A stretch of 64,000 nt of DNA from Lentisphaeria bacterium (GCA_041623325.1 JBFJXC010000001.1:1456-65455), one strand, 5' to 3'; positions 25,744 to 34,225 are shown, counted from the stretch's first letter. Notes: generated by a model from the letters alone, not told the origin. Program-made: numbers and translations.

Positions 25744-26793
25744 ATGGAATTCAGAATGGTGTTTCCCATGTTGAGAATTTTGCGGCTTTTTTGTCTGGCG
25801 GCCATGTGTCTGTGGGGGCCCGCTTCGGGGGCTGATCCGCTGCGGTGCACATTGTGTAGTAAGCGCCTAGCCGGGCGCTATCTGACATCGGGAGGCAAGA
25901 GCTTCTGTTCCCAGAGCTGCTATACGAGGACCTTGCCGGCCTGTGCGGTCTGCGCAAACCGGATTCAAGGCCGATACATCACCAGCGAGGGCAAGGTGTT
26001 CTGTTCGGATCGCTGCTTCGAATCCACACTGCCCCAGTGCGAGATTTGCCGAAAGCGCCTGCGCCAGGCCATTACCGTCAATGATCATATCTACTGCCGG
26101 AGCTGCACGGAACGGCCGGGATGTTTCGTGTGCGCTTTGCCGACGGCCAAGGGGGTCAAGCTGCAGGACGGACGGGTGCTCTGCCAGACATGCCGGCCGC
26201 AGGCGGTGTTCACCCGCGCCCAAGCCCGCTCCCTTTATCTCCAGGCCAGAACTGATGTGGCGGCCGTGACCGGGATGCAGTCCGGGACGCTGCCCCCGTT
26301 TCAGCTGGTCGATGTCAATCAGATCAAGGATGCCACAGACAAGAGGCCGACCGCGACCAGCATGGTGCTTCGCGGACTCTACCTGAGGCAGGAAACCGTG
26401 ACCGAAACCAAGAACATCCTGGGCATGGTGCTTAAAAAGGACGTCGACGTGACCGAAAAGGTGATGCTTCTCTACGGTCTGACCAAGGACGCCTTTCTGG
26501 CCACCGCCGCCCACGAGCTGACTCACGATCTCCTTGCCGAAAACTATCCCCAGCTGAAAAACGGGCCTCTCTGGGTGGAGGAGGGGATCTGCCAGTACGT
26601 GGCGGCCGCCGTCTGTCGGCGCCGAGGATTGAAAGACACGCTTCGGGACATCGAAACCTGTCCGGATCCGGATTACGGGGATGGCTACCGCTACTTCAGC
26701 AGACTCGGCGGCAACCGGGACTGGTCCCGGATTCAGCGCTGGCTGGCTCACACCGATGTAGCCGCGTTGCCGGCGACCGCGCCGACCCGCTGA
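25744..26793 (+). CDS. Secreted protein with tandem LIM-type zinc fingers and a DA1-like zinc metallopeptidase domain
   Basis: Signal peptide, then repeated CxxC-x(17-20)-CxxC units (CTLCSKRL...CSQSC, CAVCANRI...CSDRC, CEICRKRL...CRSC, CFVCALP...CQTC). Then AAHELTHDLL...WVEEGICQYVA, which closely resembles the plant DA1 peptidase HEMMH...EEGICQV motif. Confidence 0.75.
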   Translation: MEFRMVFPMLRILRLFCLAAMCLWGPASGADPLRCTLCSKRLAGRYLTSGGKSFCSQSCYTRTLPACAVCANRIQGRYITSEGKVFCSDRCFESTLPQCEICRKRLRQAITVNDHIYCRSCTERPGCFVCALPTAKGVKLQDGRVLCQTCRPQAVFTRAQARSLYLQARTDVAAVTGMQSGTLPPFQLVDVNQIKDATDKRPTATSMVLRGLYLRQETVTETKNILGMVLKKDVDVTEKVMLLYGLTKDAFLATAAHELTHDLLAENYPQLKNGPLWVEEGICQYVAAAVCRRRGLKDTLRDIETCPDPDYGDGYRYFSRLGGNRDWSRIQRWLAHTDVAALPATAPTR

Positions 26794-26936
26794 TCCGCTG
26801 CGGCCACTGTTCTTGGCTGGAAACACGACTACTCCCGGCGGACGATCCCTAGGCTCCATGGCCCTGGTTCTTTCGGCCTTCGTGCCGACCCGCTATATTG
26901 GTGGGGTGGCGGCTATGCCATCAGGAGGTGATCAAA

Positions 26937-27749
26937 ATGGGATGCGAAGGCGGAGGTTTTGCGCGGGCCGTTCTGGCGCTGCTTGTCCTAACCGGAGGCG
27001 GGGGGGGTGATGCTTTCGGCCAAGTCCGGGGAGCCGAGACCCGGCCAGTGCAGGAATTAGAGGCGCCCGGGGGAAGCGTCAGCTGGGTGTCTCCCATCTT
27101 CACGGATCGTCAAGCGGAGCGGGATCGCATGGTTCGCACCATACGGCTGCGCTACGGTTTGAAAGATGAGCGCGTGCTGGCCGCGATGGGGGCGGTCCCG
27201 AGGCACCTGTTCGTGCCCGAGGCCTACCGGTCCCGGGCCTATAGAGACACGCCCCTGCCGATCGGCTACGGTCAGACGATCTCCCAACCGTTCATTGTGG
27301 CCGAGATGACCCGTCTTCTGGAATTGAAAGCGACCTCCAAGGTGCTGGAGGTCGGCACCGGATCTGGGTATCAGGCTGCCGTTCTCAGCCAGCTGACCCC
27401 AAACGTCTGTACAGTTGAGATTGTCAAACCACTGGCCACTGCCGCGGAGGAAACGCTGCAACGCCTGGGCTACGACCGGATCTCGGTCGCCAATCGCGAT
27501 GGCTACTTCGGCTGGCCGGAGAAGGGGCCTTTTGACGCGATTATCGTCACTTGCGCCTCAGGACAAATCCCCTCTCCGCTCATTGCGCAGCTAGCTCCCG
27601 GCGGCCGCATGGTCATCCCCATCGGCGCCGTGTTCGCCACCCAATCGCTTATGCTGGTGGAGAAGGGCGAGGAGGGACAGATCCGGAGTCGTTCCCTAAT
27701 GGGGGTTCGGTTTGTGCCGTTGATCCGGGATGATCCGGCCGGGCTCTAG
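26937..27749 (+). CDS. pcm: Protein-L-isoaspartate O-methyltransferase with N-terminal signal-like extension
   Basis: AGGAGG SD 8 nt before ATG 26937. VPRHLFVPE...PIGYGQTISQPFIVAEMT...LEVGTGSGYQAAVL...GGRMVIPIG typical of Pcm. Confidence 0.9.
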   Translation: MGCEGGGFARAVLALLVLTGGGGGDAFGQVRGAETRPVQELEAPGGSVSWVSPIFTDRQAERDRMVRTIRLRYGLKDERVLAAMGAVPRHLFVPEAYRSRAYRDTPLPIGYGQTISQPFIVAEMTRLLELKATSKVLEVGTGSGYQAAVLSQLTPNVCTVEIVKPLATAAEETLQRLGYDRISVANRDGYFGWPEKGPFDAIIVTCASGQIPSPLIAQLAPGGRMVIPIGAVFATQSLMLVEKGEEGQIRSRSLMGVRFVPLIRDDPAGL

Positions 27750-27847
27750 AGAGAATCCGATCGCGGAAGCCGCTCAGGCAGAAGCAGCATGCAACAACAC
27801 CGGTGAGAGGGCCTTGGTCAGCTCCTGGTGATAAAGGGAAGGGGATC

Positions 27848-30289
27848 ATGGTTAGCCTGTCGGCAACACGGATTCGCTTGACGGTAGCCCTGACGGCTAT
27901 GGGGCTTGTTGGACTGGAACTGGCGCTGATGCGCGAACTGTCCCTGCGCTATTGGCAGCATTTCGCCTATTTGGTGATCAGCGTGGCCCTGCTGGGGATC
28001 GGCGCTAGTGGTTCGGCCTTGAGCCTGGCCCGCGTACACTTGCTCCGTCCGCGCTGGAAATGGTTATTCGTTTTGGCGTTGTGTTTTTCACTCAGCGTGC
28101 CTTTCTGTCACCAGACGGCTCGCCTGGTTCCTCTCAATCCGCCGTTTTTGGCCTGGAATTTTGGCGCCGAGTTCCTGCACATTGTGCTTATTCAGCTGGT
28201 CATGCTGGTGCCGTTCTTCCTGTCCGGCGGGGTGATCGGTCTGGCGTTGATGGATCGCCCGGACCGTCTTGGCGGACACTATGCGGCCAACCTGATCGGC
28301 TCCGGCCTCGGGTCCTTGGGCGCGGTTCTGCTGATGAATGTGTTGGAAACACCGTTTCTCTTTATGGTCGTGGCATTGCTCGGCTATGCCGGGGCGTTGG
28401 CCGCGATCCCCAAGGGATGCGGACCGGCCATGTTGCGCCGTGCAGTGGTTGGAGGCGCGTTGCTGGCCGTGGCGCTTTGGAGCCTTCCTCGGGAGGCGTT
28501 CATATCACCCTACAAGATGCTGCCCCAAGTCAAGGCCATGCCGGGAACCCGTGTCGTGGCCACCCGGGAGGGACCTTTGGGGCGCCTGGACGTGGTGGAG
28601 GGCCAATGGATTCACTATGCGCCTGGTTTGAGCCTTCTCTACGATCAACATGTTCCGCCACACCGTCTGCTGCTGGCCGATGGCGACCCAATCGGAGCGG
28701 TCTACAACTGCGAGGAGCCCGACGATTGGCGGTTCATGGATTATACGACCGGCGCGTTGCCCTACCATCTGCGCAAACCGGAGACTGTTCTGGTGATCGG
28801 GGGTGGCGGCGGTGGGGATATTGGCTTGGCGGTTTACCATGGGGTACGGCAGGTGCGGGCACTGGAAATGAATTCCCAAATCATCGCAACCATGCGAGGT
28901 CCCTTGCGGGACAAAGGGGGTGGAATCTACGGAGCGGCGGGGGTGAGGGTTATCAATCAGGAGGCTCGGGGCTACCTGGCAGCCAAGTCGGACGTGTTCG
29001 ACCTGATCCAACTCCCCGCCTTGGAGGCGTTCGGGGCTTCGGGGGCCGGTTTGTATGCTTCCCAGGAATCCTACCTGTATACGGTCGAGTCTTTTCAACT
29101 CATGCTGGACAGGCTTGGACAAACCGGCTTGCTATGCGTTACCCGTTGGGCCAGAACACCGCCGAGTGGGGAGCTCCGGGTCTTCGACTTGGCGGTGGCC
29201 GCCTTGCGGAATCACGGTTTGCCCGCGGAAAAGCATCTGGCCATGATTCGCAGCTGGGGCACGGTAACGGTTCTGGTTTCGAAGCGGGCGCTGGGGGGAG
29301 GCGACCTCCAGGCCATCCGGGCCTTTTGCGACCGGCGCGGCTTCGATCTGTGCTATTTGCCCGGGCTGCGCCCGGGCCAGGCCAACCGCCACCACATTCT
29401 CGAGCAGGCCGATTATTTCCAGGCAGCCCGGAATCTGCTTGGCCCGGCGCGACAGGATTTTCTGGACAATTACGTTTTCGAGGTGTCCGCCCCCCGCGAT
29501 GACAGACCGTTCTTCTTTCACTTCTTCAAGTGGCGGGGCTTTGTCTGGATTCGGGAGCATTTGGGTGGGCAGAGTCCGGCTTATTGGGAACTGGGATATA
29601 TCTTGCTGGTTGCCGCCCTGGTCCAGTCGGTTTTGCTGGCGTTGCTGCTGATTCTGCTGCCAGTATGGGGCTTTCGGAGGAGACTGATCCGGCGAAAAGG
29701 CGCTCGCCGAAAAAGGCCGGCCGCAGGTGGCGGTGCGATGCTGGTCTATTTCATCTCGCTTGGGGCTGGCTTCATGTTTCTGGAAATGGCGTTTCTGCAC
29801 CGCTTCATTTTGTATCTGGCGCATCCCATCTATTCGGCCGCGGCGGTCATTGCCAGCTTCCTGGTCTTTGCCGGTATCGGCTCCCAACTCAGTGGGAAGT
29901 GGAAGTTTCGGAGCCGGGAGGTCATCCTCGCGGCAGGTTCTGTGGTTATGCTTCTGGCGTTTCTTTGCACGGTGGCGTTGGCGCCGTGGCTGTCGCTGAC
30001 CCAATCCTGGCCTTTGTGGGGGCGCTTTGGCGTCGGCGTTCTGACCGTGGCCCCGCTGGCTGTGGCCATGGGGCATATGTTTCCCGTGGCGCTTCGCCAG
30101 ATCAGCAAGCACTCCTCCTCGTTGGTGCCGTTCGCCTGGGCGGTCAATGGCTGCTCATCCGTGGTGGCCACCGTCGCGGCGCCATTGCTGGCCATGTCCT
30201 TCGGCTTCGTTGCTCTCATTCTGATGGCCGCTATTTGCTATGCCGCCGCCATGGCGGCGGTTTCTCATCTCCCCAAAACAACCCCTTGA
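27848..30289 (+). CDS. Polytopic membrane protein with central spermidine-synthase-like methyltransferase fold
   Basis: About 7 N-terminal and 5 C-terminal hydrophobic segments flank a soluble region containing VLVIGGGGGGDIGLAV...ALEMN (SAM/dcSAM-binding-like). Start at ATG 27848 after GGGAAGGGGA. Confidence 0.75.
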   Translation: MVSLSATRIRLTVALTAMGLVGLELALMRELSLRYWQHFAYLVISVALLGIGASGSALSLARVHLLRPRWKWLFVLALCFSLSVPFCHQTARLVPLNPPFLAWNFGAEFLHIVLIQLVMLVPFFLSGGVIGLALMDRPDRLGGHYAANLIGSGLGSLGAVLLMNVLETPFLFMVVALLGYAGALAAIPKGCGPAMLRRAVVGGALLAVALWSLPREAFISPYKMLPQVKAMPGTRVVATREGPLGRLDVVEGQWIHYAPGLSLLYDQHVPPHRLLLADGDPIGAVYNCEEPDDWRFMDYTTGALPYHLRKPETVLVIGGGGGGDIGLAVYHGVRQVRALEMNSQIIATMRGPLRDKGGGIYGAAGVRVINQEARGYLAAKSDVFDLIQLPALEAFGASGAGLYASQESYLYTVESFQLMLDRLGQTGLLCVTRWARTPPSGELRVFDLAVAALRNHGLPAEKHLAMIRSWGTVTVLVSKRALGGGDLQAIRAFCDRRGFDLCYLPGLRPGQANRHHILEQADYFQAARNLLGPARQDFLDNYVFEVSAPRDDRPFFFHFFKWRGFVWIREHLGGQSPAYWELGYILLVAALVQSVLLALLLILLPVWGFRRRLIRRKGARRKRPAAGGGAMLVYFISLGAGFMFLEMAFLHRFILYLAHPIYSAAAVIASFLVFAGIGSQLSGKWKFRSREVILAAGSVVMLLAFLCTVALAPWLSLTQSWPLWGRFGVGVLTVAPLAVAMGHMFPVALRQISKHSSSLVPFAWAVNGCSSVVATVAAPLLAMSFGFVALILMAAICYAAAMAAVSHLPKTTP

Positions 30290-30404
30290 GGCCCCATGAT
30301 TCGGAGAGCAGTATCGTTCCGGCCCGGTACCGATTTCTGCCGCAATTTCCCCGCTCACCGGCTCGCATTCGGGGCGGAAATGTGTAGAGTATACGCCGTT
30401 CGGT

Positions 30405-30480
30405 GCCAGTGTAGCTCAGTCGGTAGAGCAATTCACTCGTAATGAATAGGTCAGCGGTTCGAATCCGCTCACTGGCTCCA
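30405..30480 (+). tRNA. tRNA-Thr (anticodon CGU), CCA encoded
   Basis: Hand-folded cloverleaf. Acceptor GCCAGTG/CACTGGC, D-arm GCTC-AGTCGGTA-GAGC, anticodon arm ATTCA-CTCGTAA-TGAAT (anticodon CGT), variable AGGTC, T-arm AGCGG-TTCGAAT-CCGCT, discriminator T, CCA. Confidence 0.93.
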
Positions 30481-30721
30481 TCTCTCCCTTTGCTTTCCCT
30501 TTCGTAACCCCCTCTGCTAGAGCACTATGCATGCTTGTGCCATAGCTATGTGCACCTATGCGCGGGGTGTCGCATAAGTGTCACATAGGGGCGTTTTTTT
30601 TAGGAAAAAGTCACATAAACGGCACATAAAATCGCGTTTTTTTTCTGGCGAACAGGTGTGACTTTTTGGATGAGAGGGGAAGTTTTTTTTATTTGATGCG
30701 ACGTTTGTGCGACACTTTTTC
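30481..30721. promoter_or_regulatory. AT-rich non-coding junction (probable att arm) with short repeats and phased T-tracts
   Basis: GTGTCGCATAA (30567), GTGTCACATAGG (30578), GTCACATAAA (30610), GGCACATAAA (30621), TGCGAC...TGTGCGACAC (30697-30715). T8 tracts at about 30594, 30637 and 30683. Confidence 0.45.
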
Positions 30722-30750
30722 AAAAAAAAGCCCCGGCGGGGAGCCGGGGC
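30722..30750 (-). terminator. Rho-independent terminator closing the prophage late operon
   Basis: On the minus strand: GCCCCGGC-tcccc-GCCGGGGC followed by T8. It lies 20 nt after the TAG at 30770-30772. Confidence 0.85.
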
Positions 30751-30769
30751 GGGGGCGGAAAATGGCGGC

Positions 30770-30964
30770 CTAGTGCCGGTGGCAGTCGCTGCGGATGGCG
30801 CGGCAGGCGTCCTGGCTGGTGTACTCCTTGGAGATGGCCAGGTGCAGCTCGGCGATGGCGTTCTTGACGACCAGGGTCAGGACCAGATAGAAGGCGCTGG
30901 CGGTGGCGGTGACGGCGGCGATGACGGTGCCGACCAGGATGCAGACGATCTCGACGGTGCTCAT
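30770..30964 (-). CDS. Small single-pass membrane protein (64 aa; holin-like by size and position only)
   Basis: GGAGG SD, ATG 30964 in an ATGA overlap with the upstream stop. Sequence MSTVEIVCILVGTVIAAVTATASAFYLVLTLVV, then a charged tail. Below or near the ORF-track threshold in its own frame. Confidence 0.5.
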   Translation of the reverse strand: MSTVEIVCILVGTVIAAVTATASAFYLVLTLVVKNAIAELHLAISKEYTSQDACRAIRSDCHRH

Positions 30965-31398
30965 GATGCGGCCTCCGGCTGGGGCTTGGGTTCCAGCAGA
31001 TGCGACCCGCCGAACAGGTCCACGGCGCGCAGCCAGTAGCCAGCCCGAAAGCTGCCCACGCCGTTCTCGCGCAGGAGCCGCCACAGCAGGGCATCCGCGG
31101 CGGTCTTCCAACGGGGCTCCAGCAGCCCGTCGGCCAGCAGCCCGTAGAGAGCGTCGTGGACCAGGCTGGCCTCCATGGTGGCCCCGGTGTCGACGGTGGG
31201 GCCGCTGGCCCCGTCCCATTCGAAACCGCGCTGGATGGTCAGGCGGCCGCTCGGTCCCAGCACGACGGGGCCGGAGACGGCGGTCTGGCCGGTGGCGATG
31301 CCGGTGCGGATGCTGTAGCGCTGCTCGAGGCGGTTGCGGTCGGGAGTAAGCAGACCCCAGAGCCAGCCCCTTTTCAGGCGGGTGTAGGCGATGCTCAC
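30961..31398 (-). CDS. DUF1353 domain protein
   Basis: GTG 31398 after GGAGG, in a GTGA overlap with the upstream stop. GFEWDGASGP...SLVHDALY resembles the DUF1353 core. Confidence 0.65.
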   Translation of the reverse strand: MSIAYTRLKRGWLWGLLTPDRNRLEQRYSIRTGIATGQTAVSGPVVLGPSGRLTIQRGFEWDGASGPTVDTGATMEASLVHDALYGLLADGLLEPRWKTAADALLWRLLRENGVGSFRAGYWLRAVDLFGGSHLLEPKPQPEAAS

Positions 31399-31928
31399 TG
31401 GCCCGCCTCCGCGATCAGGCGCATCTGCTCCCAGGTGCCGCCGCACTCCTCGCTGTAGCGCTTCCAGCGTGCCATCAGCTTGGCCGCGTAGTAGGATTTT
31501 TTGGTCATGCTCAGGCTGCTGCCGTCGATGGCGTCGAAGAGCTCGTCGGTGGTGCTGGAGGCGGACACGTCCACGCCTTCCGATGCCACCTCGGCCAGGA
31601 CGGCCAGCAGACGAGCGGCGGCGGCCTTGGTGTCGTCCGGGATGCTGGCGATGGTCTTCTCCCGGTCGTATTCGTCGCGGTCTGCCGGGGTGGCGGCGGC
31701 CAGGACCCCGTCGACGAGGCGCAGAAGCTTGGGGTCGGCCAGGGTCTCGACGGTGTGGGCCGGGACGGTCCCGCCGGTCTCTGGGTCGGTGCTTTCGGGG
31801 ACGACGGTCTCGACGGTGCGCAGGCTGTCTGGCACGGGCGCGGCGTTGGCCGGGGGGCGGCTGTCGTCGCCCCGGAACCAGCTAGATCCCCAGCCGTTGG
31901 GGTCGAGTAGTACGTGTGAGTTTAGCAT
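31395..31928 (-). CDS. Hypothetical phage protein
   Basis: 177-codon ORF with phage-like coupling to neighbours. No motif recognised. Confidence 0.55.
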   Translation of the reverse strand: MLNSHVLLDPNGWGSSWFRGDDSRPPANAAPVPDSLRTVETVVPESTDPETGGTVPAHTVETLADPKLLRLVDGVLAAATPADRDEYDREKTIASIPDDTKAAAARLLAVLAEVASEGVDVSASSTTDELFDAIDGSSLSMTKKSYYAAKLMARWKRYSEECGGTWEQMRLIAEAGQ

Positions 31929-31942
31929 AATTTATTTCCTTT

Positions 31943-34225
31943 CTAAGAGATGGAGGCCACGGCGGCGGCGAGGGGGGAGATGAGGCGGCGGCAAGAGACG
32001 TTGTTCAAACTTACCGACCCGGCGCTAATACCAGCGTCTAGGTATATGTTTTTGTCCGACGAAACTGTGCTCAAAATATCAACAGACTGGCCTATTGAAT
32101 TGTTAGTGATTCCCAATGCTCCGCCTAGGATGGGCCGAAACCCGGCTATTGGAATTTCAACTACGCCGCACACTACCCTATAGACGTTGCCGGTCACATG
32201 GCTGGCGATACTCTGGTAGATGCTCCCGCTTGTCTCGACTGCGACTGCAAGCCCGCCAGAAATACTCCAGCCATCACCTAGCGTCCACCCCGTCGTCCCG
32301 TCACTAAAGTCCCCGTTCGTGACCAGCTCCGGCCCCAGCATCCAGCTCGGGGCCACCCCGGCGGGGCAGCGCTCGTCGGCTCGGGCAATGATGTCGGCCA
32401 CGGTGGCCTCCCCCCGGAAGATGCGCGGGGTCTGGAGCTGGCCGTCGAAGGTGCGGTCGCCAGCGGCGCGGTTGCCGATGAAGAGATCGGTGGTCCCTGC
32501 AGAGGGGACGCCCGCGTCCTGCTCGGTGCCACTCTGGACGCCGTTGATGTAGAACGAGGCGTACATGTGGCCGTCGCCGGAGTCGTAGCGCATGGAGACG
32601 GCCAGGTGCTGCCAGATGCCCGTCGCAATGCTGTTGATGCCTGAATAGGCGTCTGTCGCCCCAACGTCGGCAGATGCGAACATGTTGCTGTCAGAGCTTT
32701 TTAGAGCCCAATAGGCACTTCCGGTGTCGAAAATCCGAGGATATGTCCCGATGGCGTCGGGGTCCAGCCAGCACTCTGCCCACCAGCTCTCGTCCACCGG
32801 GATGCAGTCCGGGACGCTCGCATACTGCCCTGCCCCGTCGAACAGGAGCGTGCCGTCGGGCTGGGGGGTACAGCCGTTGAGTGTCAGCTTGGCACCCGTG
32901 GGGCTTAAATCAACGGGGGCGTTGGTGCGGTAGTCGTGGTGAAGGACCAAGTTGGTTGAGCTGACGGGCAGATTGTTGGCCAGATCAGAGATTTCGGATG
33001 GGGACAAGGCGCGACCGTACACCCATGCTTCACGCATATCACCGTTTAGTGAAGAGCTGTACTCATCTCTGATACCAATCAGTAGATTAACAGATTCTGT
33101 CAGTGTGACAGCCGCAAGCGTATATGAGCCGTCTGGAGTTCCGTCCAAATAAAACGTAACCGTTGTCCCATTTACGGTTACGGCAACGTGGTGCCATGTG
33201 TTATCATTTACAGCCGTATTTGACGCCGCGCCAGTGCCACTAATGCCTCCAACTAGCTGTAGCTTACCGTTGATGTCGTAGGACAAGCTATACGCTCCAA
33301 CTGTATTGTTTCGCTTGGCGATGATGTATTTATAGCTCGAATCGCTTGCCTTTATCCAAGCTGCATATGTGATATCTCCGCTGGATATCTGCAACGATGC
33401 ATCATTTCCGCAATTGATATATGAGTCCGTTGAGCCTATCACCGCCCCGTTGACCGTATCGAACTCGACCGCCGTGGGGGTGCCGTCGTTGCCTAGACCG
33501 CTTTTGTCCGCGCAGGGGTTGCGAGGCTCGACCGCAAGGAGGCAGGATGGGTGTTGGCGGGTGTAGTCGTGATAGAGGACCAAAGCACTGCTGTCGATCT
33601 CATGTCCATTGGCAAGCTCTGCGGCTTCGGAGTCAGAAATGGCCCGATTATATATCCGCACAGAAGACATACTTCCAAGAATAGCTCCAGAAGAAACAGA
33701 GTAAGATCCAATAATTACACTACGCCCAGTTGATGTAGCGTCTCCACGAGTAGACGTTTGTATTGTTGTTTCATCAACCCCGTCGATAAAAATTGACTGT
33801 ACGGTTGCTGTCTGCCTTAATAGGATATGATGTCGCCCGGCGGTTAATGCACCAGCTCCTGTAGAGGTGTTGTAAGGAACCCCACCAGTGTTGTTGCGAA
33901 TGGTGACTTCACCAGTTGACGTGTGATAAGCATACCACCCATCAAGTCCAAAAGCCCCATGTCCAAACAAGCCTCGAAGGGCTGCCAGATTATCCAGGTC
34001 AACCCAAAATGCAATAGACCATTCATCATCGACATCAATATTCAGCCCCACTTCTGCTACTGTTCCCAGAGTTATGTACTCGCCAGCCGTTGCACTAAAC
34101 ACTGCTCCCTGGATCTGGTCCCAGCTAACACCCCCAATAGGTACGCCATCCTTGCCATTCCCAGATAGATCAAGGCATGCTTGTGGCCCGCCGTAGGTCA
34201 GTTTTCTCGCCGTCGCCCGCTTCAT
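31943..34225 (-). CDS. LamG/concanavalin-like repeat protein, probable receptor-binding tail fibre or spike
   Basis: Three units end in LamG_3-like motifs (VRIYNRAISDSEAAELAN, EAWVYGRALSPSEISDLAN, TPRIFRGEATVADIIARA). C-terminal LVTNGDFSDGTTGW is a CBM-like module. TAATG overlap at 34225. Confidence 0.75.
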   Translation of the reverse strand: MKRATARKLTYGGPQACLDLSGNGKDGVPIGGVSWDQIQGAVFSATAGEYITLGTVAEVGLNIDVDDEWSIAFWVDLDNLAALRGLFGHGAFGLDGWYAYHTSTGEVTIRNNTGGVPYNTSTGAGALTAGRHHILLRQTATVQSIFIDGVDETTIQTSTRGDATSTGRSVIIGSYSVSSGAILGSMSSVRIYNRAISDSEAAELANGHEIDSSALVLYHDYTRQHPSCLLAVEPRNPCADKSGLGNDGTPTAVEFDTVNGAVIGSTDSYINCGNDASLQISSGDITYAAWIKASDSSYKYIIAKRNNTVGAYSLSYDINGKLQLVGGISGTGAASNTAVNDNTWHHVAVTVNGTTVTFYLDGTPDGSYTLAAVTLTESVNLLIGIRDEYSSSLNGDMREAWVYGRALSPSEISDLANNLPVSSTNLVLHHDYRTNAPVDLSPTGAKLTLNGCTPQPDGTLLFDGAGQYASVPDCIPVDESWWAECWLDPDAIGTYPRIFDTGSAYWALKSSDSNMFASADVGATDAYSGINSIATGIWQHLAVSMRYDSGDGHMYASFYINGVQSGTEQDAGVPSAGTTDLFIGNRAAGDRTFDGQLQTPRIFRGEATVADIIARADERCPAGVAPSWMLGPELVTNGDFSDGTTGWTLGDGWSISGGLAVAVETSGSIYQSIASHVTGNVYRVVCGVVEIPIAGFRPILGGALGITNNSIGQSVDILSTVSSDKNIYLDAGISAGSVSLNNVSCRRLISPLAAAVASIS

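Noticed and set aside
31943-34225. Diversity-generating retroelement targeting the LamG/fibre genes.
   Set aside because: No reverse transcriptase ORF is present. I could not spot a template/variable repeat pair (a near-identical ~100-bp copy differing at adenines) anywhere in the window.
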